From Myxococcales bacterium (GTDB taxonomy: Bacteria; Myxococcota_A; UBA9042), in NCBI GenBank assembly GCA_037441385.1, contig JBBISH010000122.1:1-18113 (forward strand): 18,113 nt of DNA, in the 5' to 3' direction. Positions 14,141-18,113 of the stretch are shown in pieces. The translations under genes were made by a program, and so were the position numbers. The notes beneath the pieces were generated by a model. The model saw only the letters and a list, made by a program, of their open reading frames with translations, was not told where the DNA came from and ran no database searches. Within the stretch, counting starts at the first letter, position 1. The number at the start of each line of letters is the position of its first letter.

Positions 14141-15718
14141 ATGGCCCTTGGCTACAGCCGCGTGTTTGCCCCCTACATCGTTCCGCAAGGCGGCCCGCTC
14201 GACGGGGTGCTGGTCCCCGAGCCGCGCTGGGCGGCGCTCATGGCGATGGGACAGTTGCGCGCCACGGTGGGCGCTGGCGCTCTGACGGTGGAGCAGCACA
14301 CGCGCGGCGTCGGCTGGCTGCAGGGCCTGCACCAGGTGGCGACGCGGCTGCGGGCGGCGCTGGCGCCCGACGCGGTAGGCCAGATCCCCACCGAAGGTGA
14401 CGCCGAGTTTGCCTATGCGCGCCTGGCGGGCACCAATCCTCTGCAAATTCGTCGTGTCCGTTCGATCGGCCGGCTACCGGCCTCACTCCGCCTGGACGAC
14501 AACACCCTGGAGCGACTGACCACCACCCGGCGCTCGCTGGCCGAGCGGGCGGCCGACGGCGACCTGCTGCTGTTGGAGTACCCTGAGCTGGCGGTGCCCG
14601 ACGCGGCGGCGCTGCAGTCCGGCCGGTTCGTGGCGCCCGTCAGCGCGCTGTTCTGCCGCGCGCCCGAGCTCGACAGCCCGTTTCCGCTGGCGCCGCTGGC
14701 GATTGCCTGCCCGGCCGATGGCTTTGCCGGCGAACCGCGCACCGTCACCCCGCTGGATGGTCCGGCCTGGCAGGCCGCCAAGCGGATGGTCGCGGTCGCC
14801 GACATCAACACCGCGGAGCTGGTGCTGCACCTGGCGCGCGCCCACCACATGATCACCCCGTTCGCGGTGGCGCTGCGCCGCTGTCTCGATCGCCAGCACA
14901 CACTGTACCGCTTCTTGTATCCACACTTGCGCTTCAACCTGTTCGTGGACCGCATGGCCTGGCAGGCCGGCGTGCGCAAGGACAGCGGCGTGCTGGTGGG
15001 CAGCCTGGCCGGGACCAGCGCCTGGTCGCAACAGGTGGCCAAGTCGCTGTACCACAACCAGTCGTTTCGCGAGCAACAGTTCGAGCGCGACCTGCAGGCG
15101 CGCGACGTCGCCGATCTGCCGATCGAGTATCCGTACCGCGACGACGGGCGGCTGTTGGTGGGCGCGCTCGAGCGGTTCTGCCGCGGCTTGGTCGCCCGGG
15201 CCTATCCCAGCGATGCGGAGGTGAGGGCGGATGCGGCGTTGCAGCGCTTCGTGGCCGATGTGGCGGCGCCCGAGGGCGGCAATGTGCGCGGGCTGCTGGC
15301 CGGCGAACGGCTGGAGACCCTAGAGGAGCTGGTCGACCTGCTGAGCCAGATCCTGTTCGTCGCCGGGCCTTTGCACGCGCTGGCCCACTACTCGTCGGCG
15401 GCGCAGCTGCAAGATGCCCACGCCAATCCTTCGTGGCTCAACACCAATCCGCTCCAGGCGCCAGAAAGGAGCCACCCCGGCATTCTGGGTGCCATGGCGC
15501 AGTACCGCCGCGTGATCTCGACCAACGTGCGCTACGGGACCCTGGGCGATTTTGCCGACGTGCCCTTTGGTCAGGACCCGCAGTGGCAACCACTTATCGG
15601 CGAGCTGCAGCGCGAACTGGTCGAAATTGAGAGCGAAATTCAGCGGCGAAACCAGCAGCGCCTGGCACCGTTCGTACATTTCTTGCCGTCGCGGATCCCC
15701 AACGGCATTACGGTGTAG
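14141..15718 (+). CDS. Lipoxygenase family protein (catalytic domain only)
   Basis: EFAYARLAGTNP, WQAAK, HLARAH, LYPH, YPYRDDG, HALAH and C-terminal PNGITV. ATG 14141 is preferred as start (frame open from 14009). Confidence 0.9.
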   Translation: MALGYSRVFAPYIVPQGGPLDGVLVPEPRWAALMAMGQLRATVGAGALTVEQHTRGVGWLQGLHQVATRLRAALAPDAVGQIPTEGDAEFAYARLAGTNPLQIRRVRSIGRLPASLRLDDNTLERLTTTRRSLAERAADGDLLLLEYPELAVPDAAALQSGRFVAPVSALFCRAPELDSPFPLAPLAIACPADGFAGEPRTVTPLDGPAWQAAKRMVAVADINTAELVLHLARAHHMITPFAVALRRCLDRQHTLYRFLYPHLRFNLFVDRMAWQAGVRKDSGVLVGSLAGTSAWSQQVAKSLYHNQSFREQQFERDLQARDVADLPIEYPYRDDGRLLVGALERFCRGLVARAYPSDAEVRADAALQRFVADVAAPEGGNVRGLLAGERLETLEELVDLLSQILFVAGPLHALAHYSSAAQLQDAHANPSWLNTNPLQAPERSHPGILGAMAQYRRVISTNVRYGTLGDFADVPFGQDPQWQPLIGELQRELVEIESEIQRRNQQRLAPFVHFLPSRIPNGITV

Positions 15719-15850
15719 CATGGAATCCGCTCGAATCGGATCGAGAACTGTGGAAATTCTGTGGGCCCGAACTGGGGTCCCCGCATGATTCTCGCCAGTT
15801 GCCAACCGGGTTACGGAAGCCGTACAGGCGCAAATCAGGTGGGGTGCAGA
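15719..15850 (-). repeat. 132-bp repeat family, full copy E (inverted)
   Basis: The reverse complement reads TCTGCACCCCACCTGATTTGCGCCTGTACGGC...GACCCCAGTTCGGGCCCACAGAATT...CGATCCGATTCGAGCGGATTCCATG. It fills nearly the whole intergenic gap and is flush with the lipoxygenase TAG. Confidence 0.93.
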
Positions 15851-15855
15851 TAACC

Positions 15856-17208
15856 ATGGCAGAGCGCTGGTCCAACTGGTTGGGCAACCAAACCTCGGCC
15901 GTCGACTGCGTCTACCGGGCGCACGACGTCGCCGGCGTGGTCGAGGCCCTGGAGCAGGCCGCCGCCAAGCGGCAGCGCGTGCGAGTCGTGGCGGGCGGCT
16001 CGGCGTGGAGCCCGCTCGTTCCCGTGCACGGTGCGCTGCTCGATATCCGCGGCCTGGATCGCGTGCGCCAGGTCGACCGCGAGCGCCGACGTATCACCGT
16101 AGAGACGGGCATGATGCTGCGCGACGCGGTGGCGGCGGCGGCCGAGCACGGTCTGAGCCTGGAGAGTCCGGCCATGTTCTTGGGTCTGACTGTGGGCGGC
16201 CTCATTGCCACGGGCTCGCACGGCACGGGCCGCAACTGCGCCACCCTGGGCGATGCCGTGGTGGGCTTCGAGCTGGTCACCGCCGCCGGGCAGATCGTGC
16301 AAGTCGACGAGCCGGGTTCCGAGCTGTGGCGGGCGGTCATCACCAGCGTGGGCGCGCTGGGCGTGGTCAGCGCCGTCACGCTCCAGTGCGAGCCCCTGTA
16401 CAACGTGCACGAGGTCCACGAGACGGTCGAGGCCGCCGAACTCGCGGAGATGCTGCCGATCGCCACGCGCGAGTTCGAGTTCGTCTCGGCCTTTTGGCAC
16501 CCGGGCGCGCGCCGCGGCGTATTGAAGCTGGGCAACCGCACCCGGCTGCCAGCGACCGAGCTGAAGAACCGCATCGAGCCGAATTTCCTGGAGCGCGCCG
16601 CGGGTTGGGCCGGGCCGCTCATCCCACGGATCTACGCGCGGACGGGCGCCATCAACGAGCTGGTGGCCGCGTCGATGAGCGCCGGCATCGGCCGCGGCGC
16701 GCGGGTGGTGCGTGAGCCGCTGTTTTCGCACTACCAGCAGGTGTATCCGCCCTGCATCAGCTCGGAGTTTGCCGTGCCGGTCGAGGAGACGACCGCGGCG
16801 TGGAGCTGGGTCCATCGGCGCCTGATGGAGTTCCACAAGCACGGCCAGCGCCCCGTCAATCTGGTGGTGCACTGCCGCTTTGGCCGGGCCAGCGACGCGC
16901 TGATCGCCTCGTCGGCCGGGCGGCGCTCGTGCCACATCGAGTGCCTCAGCTTTGCCGGCAACGCCGAACGGCCCCTGTTCCAAGGCGAATTCGACGTAGA
17001 GATGCGGCGGCTGGGCGGGCGCGCCCACTGGGGCAAAGACATCGCCAACCCGGCCGCGCTGGCTGCGTGCCACGGCCGGAATTTCGAGCAGTTCCTGTCC
17101 ATTCGCGCCGAGCTGGACCCCAACCAGCGCCTGCTCAACCCCTGGCTGCGCGACGAGGTGTTTGGTCTGGGTCGCCGCCGCAGGACCGCCGCGGCCACGG
17201 CCGCCTAG
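15856..17208 (+). CDS. FAD-linked oxidoreductase, D-arabinono-1,4-lactone oxidase/gulonolactone oxidase family
   Basis: WSNWLG, TVGGLIATGSHGTG, GALGVVSAVTLQC, EFAVP, GGRAHWGK and ELDPNQRLLN. The ORF-track extension to 15799 is repeat sequence. Confidence 0.9.
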   Translation: MAERWSNWLGNQTSAVDCVYRAHDVAGVVEALEQAAAKRQRVRVVAGGSAWSPLVPVHGALLDIRGLDRVRQVDRERRRITVETGMMLRDAVAAAAEHGLSLESPAMFLGLTVGGLIATGSHGTGRNCATLGDAVVGFELVTAAGQIVQVDEPGSELWRAVITSVGALGVVSAVTLQCEPLYNVHEVHETVEAAELAEMLPIATREFEFVSAFWHPGARRGVLKLGNRTRLPATELKNRIEPNFLERAAGWAGPLIPRIYARTGAINELVAASMSAGIGRGARVVREPLFSHYQQVYPPCISSEFAVPVEETTAAWSWVHRRLMEFHKHGQRPVNLVVHCRFGRASDALIASSAGRRSCHIECLSFAGNAERPLFQGEFDVEMRRLGGRAHWGKDIANPAALAACHGRNFEQFLSIRAELDPNQRLLNPWLRDEVFGLGRRRRTAAATAA

Positions 17209-17242
17209 ATCGCCGATTTATCTAGACTTTCTCCGCATGTCC

Positions 17243-17306
17243 GCACTGTCCTACTCGGCACTGTCGAACTCGGCACTGTCGAACTCGGCACTGTCGAACT
17301 CGGCAC
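17243..17306. repeat. Tandem repeat, about 4.3 x 15 bp (GCACTGTCGAACTCG)
   Basis: One variant unit (GCACTGTCCTACTCG), three identical units, then GCAC. Confidence 0.95.
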
Positions 17307-17369
17307 GGCGAGTCGCAGCAGGCGCCCACTTGCGGCCCGCGTGGGGCTAGAGACACGACCGGTGGAGCG

Positions 17370-17395
17370 AGTTACTGAACGAATGTTCAGTAACT
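17370..17395. terminator. Perfect 11-bp hairpin between convergent genes
   Basis: AGTTACTGAAC-gaat-GTTCAGTAACT, nested inside CTAGAGAC (17347-54)...GTCTCTAG (17402-09). Confidence 0.6.
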
Positions 17396-17405
17396 GATCG
17401 AGTCT

Positions 17406-18113
17406 CTAGTTGGGGAATTCCGCGCTGTAGGCCATGCCGGCGCCGTTGGTGCCGACCGGCGGCGCTAGCGTGGCCGAAAGGGTCGACTGGGCAGCGGTGA
17501 ACGAAAGGCGAATGCGGCCCAGACCGCCAGCGCCGCCGTTGCAGCCACCACCGTTGCCGCCGGCACCGCCCACGGCACTGACCGCCGCGCCGCTCGCGAC
17601 CTTCAACGTGGGCGCGCTCAGGTAGATCAGGCCGCCCGACCCACCGCCGCCGCCACCGCTGGTGTTCACGGTCGCGCCGCCCGCGCCGCCTTTGGCCAGG
17701 ATGCTGCCCGTGACGTTGATCGAGGTGGGGCTCGCGACCCGCACCACGCCACCGCCGCCGCCACCGCCGCCGCCGCCGGCCTGGGAGCAGCTGTAGCACT
17801 GGCCGCCGCCGCCGCCGCCGCCCGAACCAGGCTGGAACGTGCTGGCCACGGCAAGGTCGTTGGCCGCAGTCGTGCCGATCGAGCCGCCGCCGCCGCCGGG
17901 CGCCGCCCACGAGCCAATGTTGGCCCAAACCCCGGCGCCACCGGCATAAACGCCCGGCCCGGTGCCACCCGGAGCGCTGGCGGAGGTGGGCGTGCCGCCG
18001 CCGCTGGCCGAGCCGCCAAACGATCCGCCGCCGGCACCGCCCGTCATGCCCCAGGCGCCCGCGCCGCCGCCGCCGCCATAGCCGCCACCGCCGCCGCCAG
18101 CGTCGCAGACACC
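17406..18113 (-). CDS. Glycine-rich C-terminal part of a large surface/secreted protein (start lies outside the window)
   Basis: Frame is open to the window end; GGGGGGGVVRV..I.VTGSILAKGG..GGGGSGGLIYL..GGAGGLGRIRL motifs; TAG at 17406-08. Confidence 0.85.
   Translation of the reverse strand, partial: GVCDAGGGGGGYGGGGGAGAWGMTGGAGGGSFGGSASGGGTPTSASAPGGTGPGVYAGGAGVWANIGSWAAPGGGGGSIGTTAANDLAVASTFQPGSGGGGGGGQCYSCSQAGGGGGGGGGGVVRVASPTSINVTGSILAKGGAGGATVNTSGGGGGGSGGLIYLSAPTLKVASGAAVSAVGGAGGNGGGCNGGAGGLGRIRLSFTAAQSTLSATLAPPVGTNGAGMAYSAEFPN

Noticed and set aside
1251..15850. 132-bp repeats as integron attC sites
   Set aside because: They follow stop codons but lack RYYYAAC/GTTRRRY ends, occur in both orientations, and no integrase is present.

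Overview
High-GC bacterial DNA whose gene content (TSP3-repeat, Cys-rich and DUF1566 lipoproteins, lipoxygenase) suggests Myxococcota/deltaproteobacteria; this is inference. There are about 16 CDS: a partial thrombospondin type-3 repeat protein; a minus-strand lipid cluster (FabH-like KAS III, acyltransferase, enoyl-reductase-like SDR, SAM methyltransferase); two Cys-rich lipoproteins; a conserved hypothetical; a LysR gene divergent from a Zn-macrodomain/SirTM ADP-ribosylation pair; DUF2061; an SRPBCC protein; a compact lipoxygenase; an ALO-family FAD oxidoreductase; and a partial Gly-rich protein. The most striking unannotated signal is a 132-bp structured interspersed repeat. It has 3 full copies, 1 long partial copy, 1 internally deleted 65-bp copy and 3 degenerate fragments in 18 kb. 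Four of these end exactly at a gene's stop codon, and no transposase or integrase is present. Three unrelated intergenic tandem repeats all have a 15-bp period. All calls are by eye; no database search was run.
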